From Limisphaerales bacterium (GTDB lineage: Bacteria; Verrucomicrobiota; Verrucomicrobiia; Limisphaerales; BOG-1460), in contig PLQC01000076.1 of NCBI GenBank assembly GCA_003159675.1, positions 14,899 to 78,898 of the forward strand: a stretch of 64,000 bases of DNA, in the 5' to 3' direction. The notes below the pieces were generated by a model. It did not search any database. It was not told where the DNA came from and saw only the letters and a list, made by a program, of their open reading frames with translations. The stretch's first letter is position 1; each line of letters starts with the position of its first letter. Made by a program: the position numbers and the translations under genes. This document shows positions 9,506 to 18,244 of this stretch, one piece after another.

Positions 9506-10099
9506 GCGTATGCCTGTCGGGACCCGGAACCGGGGTTGGAGCTTCCTCTGGCTGCCGACGGACGACGACCCGCCGCGCTCCGACCTTGCGGCCACCGGGA
9601 TGCCCGACCCGCCGGAGTCACCTCTTCCCAGCTTTTACTGATTAGCCCACCAACGTCGTGTCGGCTGATCCAATTCACGCGCCTAATCTAAATTGACCAC
9701 CGGGACTGGCTCCCCATCCGTTGTCAATTACTTCGCGTTTTTTGCGTCCGGGATGCAACCGGAGTTCAGGGGCTTCGCCTCCCTCGGCGCGCGGACCCGG
9801 CACCGTCCCGCCAGCCCCGCCAGACCCGGCCCGGGGTAACCTCCAGACAACCCGGTAAACATTGGACATGCGCCCTGTCAGGCCTCCCTTCGTGCTGAAC
9901 AATCACACGGCAGGAGACCTGGATACAATCAGTTATTGTTGTTCTACATGTCACTGTAAATTCATACTACTAATCGACATTTGGTGCACCAAAGAAGGTT
10001 AGTGCCGTTGGCGGGGTGGGTTCCGGGAAGAGACAATTGACGCGCCCGGATTCTGCATGGCGGGTGTTGGCGTCAACCGAACAACACAGGAACACCGTC

Positions 10100-11857
10100 T
10101 TATTTCTGGGGCGGAGGGCCGGCTGCCGGCCCCTGCTCGATCTGAGACGGCATCGCCTTCTTCAAGGTTTCCCGGTCGAGCGGGTGTTCCTCCCCATACC
10201 ACTCCGAGGAGACTCTGCCGTCCCAGCAGGCCCGGTTCAACGGATAAACGTCGGGATCGAAGAGCACATGATAGAAATGCCACACGACGATGGCCAGGCA
10301 GGCGAGCACCGCTTCATAATAGTGGATCGTTAGGGCGACCTCGACGGCCCAGCGCGGCAGGAAACGGGTTACGTCAATCTTGAACCAGATCATCAGGCCC
10401 GTCGCGCCCATGATGAGGGTCCCCCAGACCACGGCCCAATACTCCATTTTTTCGGCGTATCCGAATCGTCCGATCCTCGGTTTCGTGTCGCTCGCTCCGG
10501 CCAGGTACCGCGCCGCCTGCCATGCGTCCGCAACGTCCTGCCGGACCGGGAACAGATCCTTCACCAGCCGCCTGCCCTCCCGAGTGGAGAGAACATAGAC
10601 GAGGTGCCAGACCCCCGCGGCGAGCAGCAGGATTCCGGCGATGCGATGCGTCCAGCGGCGGAAGGGTTCGCTCGATCCCATCGCCCGCGCCAGCCAGGAA
10701 TCCGGAAACTTGAGGGCGAATCCCGTGAGGGCGAGGACGATGAAACTGGCCGCCAGAACGAAATGCTGCCAGCGTTGCGCGAGGCTCATGCGCAACACGA
10801 AACCGGCCTCGGCGCGATGCCTCGCCGCCGTCTTTTTCAGGAACAGCAGCACATTGTGCGCGAACATGACGCCGATGGTGGTGAAAATCAGTGCGAGATA
10901 GATGCGGCGCACATACCAATTGATCCGGCTCGAAAGGTCCGGACCGCTTTTCTTCGCGGCAATCTCCACATGGATTCTGCCGAACGCAAATTTTTCGCTG
11001 TCGCCCGGATGGCATTTCCCGCACGTATCGACCAGGTGGGCCCGATTGATGGTGGAGTCCGGATCGGACGAGGGCAGGATTTTATGATACCCGTGGCAAC
11101 TGCCGCAATTGGCCGCGACGGTGGAACCGTACTCCGCCGCCAGCCCATGATAGCTTTCAAAAAAAGTTCTGACACGGTCGTCCGGAAGATTGTACTTGGT
11201 GTTCAGACGCTCTGACGCGTGACATTTACTGCAGACTTCCCGCGATATTTTCAGCGTCGAGCTGTTTTTCAGCGCCTCAATTTTGTGCTCCGAATGGCAA
11301 TCCGTGCAGACGGGGGCATCCCGCTTGCCTGCCGCCGTCGCCTTGCCATGCACGCTCGCCTCCAGATCGCGCGCTTCCTGATCGTGGCAGGCGCCGCACG
11401 TCTTCGCCTGCCGCGAAAAATACAGCGGCGACAGAGGCGACTCGGACGGGAGAATGTCGTGGGAGCCGTGGCAATCCTGGCAGGCGGCGGCAGCATCCCC
11501 CGCTTTCAGGGCCATGCCATGGACGCTGGCGCTGTAGCTCTCGGTCGCCCGGCCGTGGCAGGTCGCGCACTGAACCGGCTGCACAGGACGATTGTCATCC
11601 GGATGCTTGAACGTCACATCGGCATGGCAACTGACACACGTATTGGTTCGGTGGACGGACGCCGCCAGCCTGGCGGTGTCCACAAACAACGACACCTCCC
11701 TGCCCGCTGAATTGGTCTTGGAAAGCGTCTTGTCGGAATGACAATCCAGGCAATCGCTGTCTCTCAATGTGGGAGCAGCCGATGCGGCCACGCTTGCCAG
11801 CATGAACCCAAGCAGGGCGGCGGCCCGGCAGCCAGCCACTCTTCTTCCATTGTCCAT
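10100..11857 (-). CDS. CbcL-like inner-membrane quinol oxidase: 9-heme periplasmic c-type domain fused to a HydC/FdnI-type cytochrome b membrane domain
   Basis: 585 aa with a signal peptide. Nine CXXCH motifs (CLDCH, CVSCH, CATCH, CQDCH, CGACH, CTDCH, CSKCH, CGSCH, CGKCH). The C-terminal ~260 aa has several TM helices with conserved His (RWQHFVLAASFIVLALTGF, WTHRIAGILLLAAGVWHLVY), as in Ni/Fe-hydrogenase or formate dehydrogenase b-type subunits. Confidence 0.75.
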   Translation of the reverse strand: MDNGRRVAGCRAAALLGFMLASVAASAAPTLRDSDCLDCHSDKTLSKTNSAGREVSLFVDTARLAASVHRTNTCVSCHADVTFKHPDDNRPVQPVQCATCHGRATESYSASVHGMALKAGDAAAACQDCHGSHDILPSESPLSPLYFSRQAKTCGACHDQEARDLEASVHGKATAAGKRDAPVCTDCHSEHKIEALKNSSTLKISREVCSKCHASERLNTKYNLPDDRVRTFFESYHGLAAEYGSTVAANCGSCHGYHKILPSSDPDSTINRAHLVDTCGKCHPGDSEKFAFGRIHVEIAAKKSGPDLSSRINWYVRRIYLALIFTTIGVMFAHNVLLFLKKTAARHRAEAGFVLRMSLAQRWQHFVLAASFIVLALTGFALKFPDSWLARAMGSSEPFRRWTHRIAGILLLAAGVWHLVYVLSTREGRRLVKDLFPVRQDVADAWQAARYLAGASDTKPRIGRFGYAEKMEYWAVVWGTLIMGATGLMIWFKIDVTRFLPRWAVEVALTIHYYEAVLACLAIVVWHFYHVLFDPDVYPLNRACWDGRVSSEWYGEEHPLDRETLKKAMPSQIEQGPAAGPPPQK

Positions 11858-12038
11858 ATTGCACCAAGATTGCAGTGGACAAGGCCGGCCGCTCTACCTG
11901 GCTTGGCGATTTCTTCCCCTATTTTGCGGGCGGCCTTTTCATCCCGCGCATCGATTGCCAGTCGATCGCCAAAGAATTGCTTGTGGCGACTGCGGTGTTC
12001 CGGTGACAATCGCAGGACACGCTGGAAACCAACAATCC

Positions 12039-13196
12039 ATGAATCTCATGCGAACACTTTTTTCGCCGGTGGTTCCCCTCCTGCTGGGCGCCACGCTTGC
12101 ATTCCGACCGGCTGCAGCCGCCGACGAGCTGGTTCTCTTCGGCACCCATCGGTCCGGCCCCGGTACCGGCTTTTCCGTCGGTCGCTTCAATCCGGCCACC
12201 GGCGAACTGACCCGGACGGCCTTCGTCTGCGAGGCGGAGGCCCCCTCGTTCTTTGTGGTTCATCCGGATGGGAAACATCTTTACGCGTGCAACTCGATCG
12301 AGACGTTTCAAGGCAAACCGGAAGGCTCGATCAGCGCTTACGCGCTCGACCCCGCGTCGGGCAGGCTCACCTTGCTCGACCGCAAGCCGTCCGGCGGCGG
12401 CGAACCCTGTTACATCAGCCTCGACCGCACAGGCCGTTATGCGCTCGCCGCCAACTACAGCGGCGGAAGCATCTGCGTCTATGCCCTTCGGCCGGATGGC
12501 AGCCTGGGTGAACGCACCGCCTGGGTGCAACAGACGGGCCGCAGCGTGAACCCGGAGCGACAAACCCGCGCCTATGCTCATTGCATCCTCACCGATCCGG
12601 ACAACCGCTTCGCCCTCGCCGCCGACCTGGGCGCCGACAAGATCTTCGTTTATCATTTCAACGCGAGCAACGGCTCGCTGACGCCGAATGATCCGCCGTC
12701 CGTCCCGCTCAAACCGGGCTCCGGGCCGCGCCACATTACCTTTCATCCCAACGGGAGATTCGTCTATGTCATCAACGAGCTCGCCGGCACGGTGACCGCA
12801 TTCGACTGGGATTCCGCAAAGGGAACACTGGCCGAGTTCCAGACGATCTCAACCCTGCCGTCCAATTTCAACGGCCAGAATACGGCCGCCGAGGTCGAGG
12901 TGCATCCGAATGGAAAATGTCTGTACGCAACCAATCGCGGAGACGACAGCATCGCCGTCTTTGGCATCGACGCGAAAAGCGGCCGTCTCACCCGGGTCGG
13001 GCGCGTGCCCACGCGAGGCAGGATGCCGCGCTTTTTCACGCTGGATCCGACGGGGAAATGGCTGCTGCTGCTGAACCACGATTCGGACAATGCCATCGTG
13101 TTCCGTGTCGAGGAGGGAACCGGCCTGTTGACCCAGACGGGAACGCCGGTGCAGGTTCCCAACCCTTTTTGCGCAAGGTTCCTTTCACCGCCTTGA
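12039..13196 (+). CDS. Secreted 7-bladed beta-propeller lactonase family protein (6-phosphogluconolactonase/YbhE-like)
   Basis: ATG at 12039 (MNLMRTLFSPVVPLLLGATLAFRPAAA signal). Repeated propeller-blade motifs (HPDGKHLYACN, RTGRYALAANY, DPDNRFALAADLG, HPNGRFVYVINE, HPNGKCLYATNR, DPTGKWLLLLNH). Confidence 0.75.
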   Translation: MNLMRTLFSPVVPLLLGATLAFRPAAAADELVLFGTHRSGPGTGFSVGRFNPATGELTRTAFVCEAEAPSFFVVHPDGKHLYACNSIETFQGKPEGSISAYALDPASGRLTLLDRKPSGGGEPCYISLDRTGRYALAANYSGGSICVYALRPDGSLGERTAWVQQTGRSVNPERQTRAYAHCILTDPDNRFALAADLGADKIFVYHFNASNGSLTPNDPPSVPLKPGSGPRHITFHPNGRFVYVINELAGTVTAFDWDSAKGTLAEFQTISTLPSNFNGQNTAAEVEVHPNGKCLYATNRGDDSIAVFGIDAKSGRLTRVGRVPTRGRMPRFFTLDPTGKWLLLLNHDSDNAIVFRVEEGTGLLTQTGTPVQVPNPFCARFLSPP

Positions 13197-13235
13197 CCGT
13201 CGAGGAACGAACAGCCCGGTCCCATCCGTTCCCGT

Positions 13236-15440
13236 TCAATGTGCCAGGCGCGACGCCATGGCGTAAATGATCAGGATCAGCAACAGGACACCCAAGCCGA
13301 AGAAGAAATAGCCGAAGGATCTCGCGATGCTTTTCCATCGTTCCCATTCGTCCTTGACCCGGTACTGATCCAGCCTGCCTTCGGCCACCAGCCGGTCATA
13401 CCAGCGCTTCCGTTCGTGCAGCATTTCCGTCTTCGAGACGCGACCGGAGAAGATGACGGTGTCCATCGGGAATTTTTCAATTCGGAAATGAGTGTTGAAG
13501 AAATGGATTGAGAAGATGAAGCCCGCGGCCAGCAAGGCTTCGTCCGAATGAATGATCAGCGCGATGTTGATGATCCAGCCCGGCAGGAAGCGCGTGAAGA
13601 ATGTTGGAAACCACATGACTAATCCCGACGCGCCGATGATGGCCACACCCCAGAACACCGCGAAATAATCGAATTTTTCCCAATAAGTCCAGCGATCGAA
13701 CTCCGGTTTCGGCCCTTTGCCGAAGAACCATTTGTTGTGCGCGACGAAATCCTTCCAGTCCTGCCAGGTGGGCATCATGGAATCCGGTCCGAACAGGGTC
13801 GTCCAGAGCCTTCTCCACTGGAACCGGCCGCTGGCCGGATCGCGCAGCAATCCCCTGCCCTTCCAGGCCTTGCCGGCCAGCGCGGTCACGTGCAGGCCGA
13901 AGTAGAGGAAGGTGATGAGAGCGCCGAATCGATGCAGGGTGCGGGCCGTTTCCGCCCCGCCGATCACGTTGAAGATCACCTTGGCCCAGTCGGTGTAGTA
14001 GAACTTGAGCGGCATGCCGGTGATCACCAGCAGCAGGAAGCTCGTGACCACGAGAAAATGCAGGAATCGCTCGAACGGCACAAAGCGCGTGAACCATTCG
14101 TCATCCTGCTGCGTCCGGATCTTGGCTTCGCGGAACTTCCGGGTGTCGTGCAGGAACAAGTATACCGCTCGGACCAGCCAGATGACGGTGTGCAGGCCGA
14201 AGAATGTGAACACGCCGATCAGCAGGCCGGTCATGCCCAGGAACACGGCATGGAGCAATGGATAATTCTTTTTGTCGAGCGGATTGGCGTGGGGCTCGTA
14301 TTCCGTGAAGCCCTTCGTGGCGTCGGGATGACATTTCCGGCAGGTGGCAAGAATGTTGGCCTGCGAGAGATGGGACGCCGGGTTGGAGGGCGGCAGCACA
14401 TCGTGATAGCCGTGGCAGTCGTAGCAGGCGGCGACGTCCGGCGCCGCGTTCGGTTTGCCCAGCGCCATGGCTTTGCCGTGGTAGGTCTCCCGGTAATGCG
14501 CCAGCCGGTCCTCGTGACATTGGCCGCAACGCTGGTCGCTGAGGGCCTTGAAGTTGCTGCCCTCGGGATTCTCGATCTGGTGGGCGGAGTGACAGTCCAT
14601 GCAGACGGGCCCGCGCTTGTCGCCTTTGGCCAGAAGCTGCCCGTGAACGCTCTGCCGGTAGATTTTCTCGACCCCGACGTGGCATTTGCCACAGGTCCTG
14701 GCGACGTTGGCATGGTTGATCGGCGAGTCGCGATCGATGCTGCGCTTGATGTCGTGCACGCCGTGGCAATCGTTGCAGGAGGGCGCGACGATGAGACCCA
14801 TTTTCAATAACGCCCGGCCATGGATGCTGTCCATGTATTGCGACGCCGCTTCCGGGTATTTTATCTCATATTCCCTGGTCAGCCCGGGGTTGCTGTGGCA
14901 TTTCGCGCAGGTCTGCGGAAGGTTCAGTTTGAAAACCGGCGAAGCCGGATCCTTCACCGGCAGGATGCCGTGCGAGCCATGGCAATCCCAGCAATTCGCC
15001 GCTCCGGACGCGCCCATCGCGTGGCTCATGCCGTGGATGCTGGTGGCGTAATCCTTGCCGGCCTGTTCGTGACACGAGGCGCAATCCGGCGGCGGCAGTT
15101 TGCTCGGGTGCACCAGGTCCTTGATTCCGTCGTGACAATCGACGCAGGCGAGTTTGGCGTGAACGGATTTCTGGAAGGAATTGGTTGGAAACAGCAACGA
15201 AACCGTCTTGCCGTCCACTTTTCGGGTGGTGGACGGGTCCAGATGGCAGTCCAGGCAATCCGAGTTGGCGAATTTTTCAGCCGCACTGGCCGACACCAGG
15301 CCCAGGCAGAGAAAGACCAACAACCAACAACCAACAACCAACAACCAACATCGAATGGGCGTCCGCTTCGCCTCCTGGTGGATGTTGGATGTTGAATGTT
15401 GAATGTTGAATGTTCCCGCCAGGTTCTCCAGCCTTCTCAT
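13236..15440 (-). CDS. CbcL-like inner-membrane cytochrome: 11-heme c-type domain fused to a cytochrome b-type membrane domain
   Basis: 734 aa with 11 CXXCH motifs (CLDCH, CVDCH, CASCH, CWDCH, CAKCH, CNDCH, CGKCH, CMDCH, CGQCH, CYDCH, CRKCH). C-terminal multi-TM domain with conserved His. Its ATG (15440) overlaps the TGA of the upstream gene (ATGA), which fixes the start. Confidence 0.75.
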   Translation of the reverse strand: MRRLENLAGTFNIQHSTSNIHQEAKRTPIRCWLLVVGCWLLVFLCLGLVSASAAEKFANSDCLDCHLDPSTTRKVDGKTVSLLFPTNSFQKSVHAKLACVDCHDGIKDLVHPSKLPPPDCASCHEQAGKDYATSIHGMSHAMGASGAANCWDCHGSHGILPVKDPASPVFKLNLPQTCAKCHSNPGLTREYEIKYPEAASQYMDSIHGRALLKMGLIVAPSCNDCHGVHDIKRSIDRDSPINHANVARTCGKCHVGVEKIYRQSVHGQLLAKGDKRGPVCMDCHSAHQIENPEGSNFKALSDQRCGQCHEDRLAHYRETYHGKAMALGKPNAAPDVAACYDCHGYHDVLPPSNPASHLSQANILATCRKCHPDATKGFTEYEPHANPLDKKNYPLLHAVFLGMTGLLIGVFTFFGLHTVIWLVRAVYLFLHDTRKFREAKIRTQQDDEWFTRFVPFERFLHFLVVTSFLLLVITGMPLKFYYTDWAKVIFNVIGGAETARTLHRFGALITFLYFGLHVTALAGKAWKGRGLLRDPASGRFQWRRLWTTLFGPDSMMPTWQDWKDFVAHNKWFFGKGPKPEFDRWTYWEKFDYFAVFWGVAIIGASGLVMWFPTFFTRFLPGWIINIALIIHSDEALLAAGFIFSIHFFNTHFRIEKFPMDTVIFSGRVSKTEMLHERKRWYDRLVAEGRLDQYRVKDEWERWKSIARSFGYFFFGLGVLLLILIIYAMASRLAH
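15317..15350. repeat. Heptanucleotide tandem repeat (CCAACAA) x about 4.9, inside the signal-peptide codons of 13236-15440
   Basis: Read directly: ccaacaa ccaacaa ccaacaa ccaacaa ccaaca. On the coding strand (TTGTTGG)n encodes CWLLVVGCWLLV. Confidence 0.9.
15381..15414. repeat. Heptanucleotide tandem repeat ((G/A)ATGTTG) x about 4.9, codons 9-20 of 13236-15440
   Basis: Read directly: gatgttg gatgttg aatgttg aatgttg aatgtt. It encodes TFNIQHSTSNIH. It is partly reverse-complementary to the 15317-15350 array (5-6 of 7 positions per unit). Confidence 0.9.
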
Positions 15441-16927
15441 AGTCCGCCGTTGTGGCAGTCATTGCAGGCGCCATCGACTTCGTCTCCCGGGTGTTTGAAT
15501 TTTTGACCGTTGGATGACAGCACATTGAGCTCATCGCCGCTGCCCTGCGAAAGGATCGTGTGGCACGTGTTGCAGTCGCTCGCCTTGATCGTGCGCTTGC
15601 CGTCGGAGGCCATGTGCCTGCCGTCGTGGCAGCGGAAGCAGCCGGGCCAGTCCTTATGGCCGATGTTATTGGGATACTTGTCCCAGGACGCCTTCATCTC
15701 GGGGAAGAAATTGTCGCGGTAAATCTGCTGCACCGCATCGATGGCGGCGTGGACGCTCGGCTGCAGGCCGGAGTATTTGTCGGCCGGATAACTTTGCGCC
15801 ACTGCGGTGGCAATCCCTTCCATGGCCTGCGTCTGGTCGGTGTACTTGCGCGTGAGGACGCCGACAGCGTTGGTTTTGACCCAGGGCAGCGAGCGGTCGA
15901 TCTTGCCCAGATACATGGCCAGGTCCACGGCGTCGTCAGGGGATTGGTAGATGTGCGCCGGACGGTTGTGACAATCGATACAATCCATCGTGCGGATGGT
16001 CATCCGGTTCACGTCGTTGGTGAAGTTGCGGACTTTGTATTCGGTGACGATGCCCTGCGCATCCACCACCCGGACCCACGGGATGACCTGGCGCGCTTCG
16101 TCCGTGGAGACGTACTGCACCTTGTTGCCGACGCTCATGTGCCAGTGGATGCCTCCGACGGGTCCGTGTGTGGGATCACCGCCGCCGACCTTGATGATGA
16201 GCCGCACGGAAAACGGCGTGTTGGTTTCATCGCCGAGGAAGTAGTTGAAGGTTTTGTCCAGGTTGCCGACGAACTTTTTCGGCCAGTGGCATTCCTCGCA
16301 GGTTTCCTGAGCGGGACGCAGATTTTTGATCGGGGTCGGCACAGGGCGCGGGAACTTGTTGAACGCCACGGCGTACAACTGGTAAGTGCCTGAGAGCTTG
16401 GACTTGACGAACCACGTCGCGCCCGGGCCGATATGGCATTCCACGCAGGCCACGCGCGCGTGGGGACCGTGCTCGTAGGTCACCAATTCCGGTTGCATCA
16501 CGGTGTGGCAGGCCTGCCCGCAGAACTGAACCGACTCGGAGACCTGATAGGTGTGGTAACTCCCGATCGCCGACAGGAGCAGGAAAAGCACGCTGCCCAC
16601 GAGAAACCAGCCCATGATGCGCCGGTCGCGCGGACGGGAGAGATCCACTTGCACCGCCGACAGCAGGACACCCGCCCCGCCCCGCTTGTGCCGCTCGCGC
16701 AGCACGCCTGCCAACCCCAGCAGCAGTCCGAAAATCAGGAACCCGGGCGCGATAACGTAGGTGAGGATCCCGATGTATGGATTGGCGGAATGCGACACCG
16801 TATCGAGCACGAACAGGAAGAAAAACGAGAAAAGGCTCCCAACGACAACGACCAGTCCGGTCAGGGAGATCCAGTTGCGCAGCAAGGACCGCCGGTCCGC
16901 CGGGTTGTTCGTGCTCTCAGTGCTCAT
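15437..16927 (-). CDS. ImcH-like inner-membrane 7-heme c-type cytochrome (NapC/NirT-related region)
   Basis: 496 aa with three N-terminal TM helices. One CGQACH (CX3CH) plus six CXXCH (CVECH, CEECH, CIDCH, CFRCH, CNTCH, CNDCH). Heme number, TM count and size match my recollection of Geobacter ImcH. Confidence 0.65.
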   Translation of the reverse strand: MSTESTNNPADRRSLLRNWISLTGLVVVVGSLFSFFFLFVLDTVSHSANPYIGILTYVIAPGFLIFGLLLGLAGVLRERHKRGGAGVLLSAVQVDLSRPRDRRIMGWFLVGSVLFLLLSAIGSYHTYQVSESVQFCGQACHTVMQPELVTYEHGPHARVACVECHIGPGATWFVKSKLSGTYQLYAVAFNKFPRPVPTPIKNLRPAQETCEECHWPKKFVGNLDKTFNYFLGDETNTPFSVRLIIKVGGGDPTHGPVGGIHWHMSVGNKVQYVSTDEARQVIPWVRVVDAQGIVTEYKVRNFTNDVNRMTIRTMDCIDCHNRPAHIYQSPDDAVDLAMYLGKIDRSLPWVKTNAVGVLTRKYTDQTQAMEGIATAVAQSYPADKYSGLQPSVHAAIDAVQQIYRDNFFPEMKASWDKYPNNIGHKDWPGCFRCHDGRHMASDGKRTIKASDCNTCHTILSQGSGDELNVLSSNGQKFKHPGDEVDGACNDCHNGGL

Positions 16928-17079
16928 ATCGGTCCCATGGGCTTTACAGCGGTCCTCTCGTCGCTCGATCTCTCATGCTTCACGGCAGACGAAGGACTCT
17001 TCGCCGGCCGCGACAGCGATCTTGGAGACTCGCGCGCCGCGGCCGGAGTTGCTGAACTCAGGATTGCGGAACCGCCGCC

Positions 17080-17412
17080 TTACTGTTTCCCGAACGCGCG
17101 CATGTGGGCCACCAGACCTTTGATGTCGTCATCCGAGAGGCCCTCGGCCGGCTTCATCAGGGTCTTGTCGTCCTTGTCCTTCAATCCTTCCTTGATGGCT
17201 TTGAAGGCGGCATCATCTTTCAACTCCGCCTGGACTTTCGCGTCCGTGTAATCTTTTGCTCCGAGCTTCTTTCCCATTTTTGTGTCGCCCTTGCCATCGG
17301 CGCCATGACACTTGGCGCAGCCCTGGTCGTACAGGTCCTTGGCATCCCCCGCGCGTGCGGACAACGCTGCAACAGCCATCACCGCGATGCTCAGAGTGAG
17401 TAGTTTTTTCAT
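17080..17412 (-). CDS. Monoheme class I cytochrome c (periplasmic)
   Basis: ATG at 17412 (MKKLLTLSIAVMAVAALSARA signal). Single CAKCH. Distal Met candidate in TLMKP. About 70% identical by eye to 24371-24700. Confidence 0.85.
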   Translation of the reverse strand: MKKLLTLSIAVMAVAALSARAGDAKDLYDQGCAKCHGADGKGDTKMGKKLGAKDYTDAKVQAELKDDAAFKAIKEGLKDKDDKTLMKPAEGLSDDDIKGLVAHMRAFGKQ

Positions 17413-17777
17413 AGATTTGTCTGTGTTAAACTGCCAGCCGGCTTCCGTCTTGATCCGCCGACCGGATTTTGTGTGCGTCACGTCCGTATCCTTATCGCCG
17501 CCCTCCGGCTTTCACCTTTCCGATCTTGTCAAAGGCTTAACATTTCTTGGCGTAATGCGTCAATCCAGGAGCAGCCGTCGGTTCCAGGGAGCACACGCGT
17601 CCTCGCGTGTCCCGACCGGCTCCTCGCCGGTCGGAAAGGGGGCGCAATGCTGTCACCAACCGGTGCTTCGTTCGAGCGCGCTTTCGTTGTCGGCGAGGGC
17701 GCCGACTCCCGCGCGCGAGGCGCGTGCGCTCCCCTTCCTGGTTGCCTGATGCTTCTCTTGCCCTTGATCAAACCGCC

Positions 17778-18215
17778 TCACCCGCCAACCTGATCCGCCA
17801 ATCCGCAAAGAGCCTGGTAATAGTCATCCCTGACCAGGCCCAGCGCCGCGGCACCGAACGTTTCGGCGTCCTCGGCTGAGGCGAATTCGCCGTAATTCAC
17901 GAGCACCAGTTGGTAGAGCACCAGGTGCGGCACACGCTCCATCTGTGTGATGAACGACGGATGCACGCATATTACAAAGCCGTCCTCGGGCCGTTTCCCC
18001 CGCGCCATCGGATGCGCGAATTCGCCCGGCTGCAGCGGCCCTGAATCGAAAACGATCTCGCACGGGTAACGCACCACCTCGCGGTCTTCCAAAATGCGAA
18101 GCAATTCCCGCCAGCCGATGGTCGGGCCGTATTTCGCCCGGATCTCCGCGCCCTTCGCGGCCACGTGCGCGTTCAGCGATTGCCGGGCGTCTTGAGCGGT
18201 GAGTTGGATGGCCAT
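17778..18215 (-). CDS. Hypothetical cytoplasmic protein, last gene of the NrfD operon
   Basis: 145-aa ORF with an ATG start, 29 nt after the NrfD stop on the same strand. No signal peptide, TM helix or motif I recognise. Confidence 0.55.
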   Translation of the reverse strand: MAIQLTAQDARQSLNAHVAAKGAEIRAKYGPTIGWRELLRILEDREVVRYPCEIVFDSGPLQPGEFAHPMARGKRPEDGFVICVHPSFITQMERVPHLVLYQLVLVNYGEFASAEDAETFGAAALGLVRDDYYQALCGLADQVGG

Positions 18216-18244
18216 AGGTCTTCAGTGGAAACTGTGAAACACAC

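Noticed and set aside
9506-10099. Possible ncRNA or small gene in the long spacer upstream of hemA
   Set aside because: I found no tRNA-like cloverleaf, riboswitch-like conserved motif or convincing ORF. The three track ORFs here are P/G/R-rich and overlap one another. An Rfam scan is needed; only the palindrome is reported.
15317-15414. Possible CRISPR or minisatellite array
   Set aside because: The units are only 7 nt and contiguous, with no spacers, and they lie inside a coding region. They are reported as heptamer tandem repeats instead. No CRISPR-like repeat-spacer structure was seen anywhere in the window.
17593-17634. Two adjacent GC-rich hairpins (ACACGCG/CGCGTGT and CCGACCGG/CCGGTCGG) as the terminator of the NrfD operon
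   Set aside because: Neither orientation is followed by a T/U tract and the stems are short (7-8 bp). They may be structured RNA or chance palindromes in GC-rich DNA, so I did not call them as a feature.
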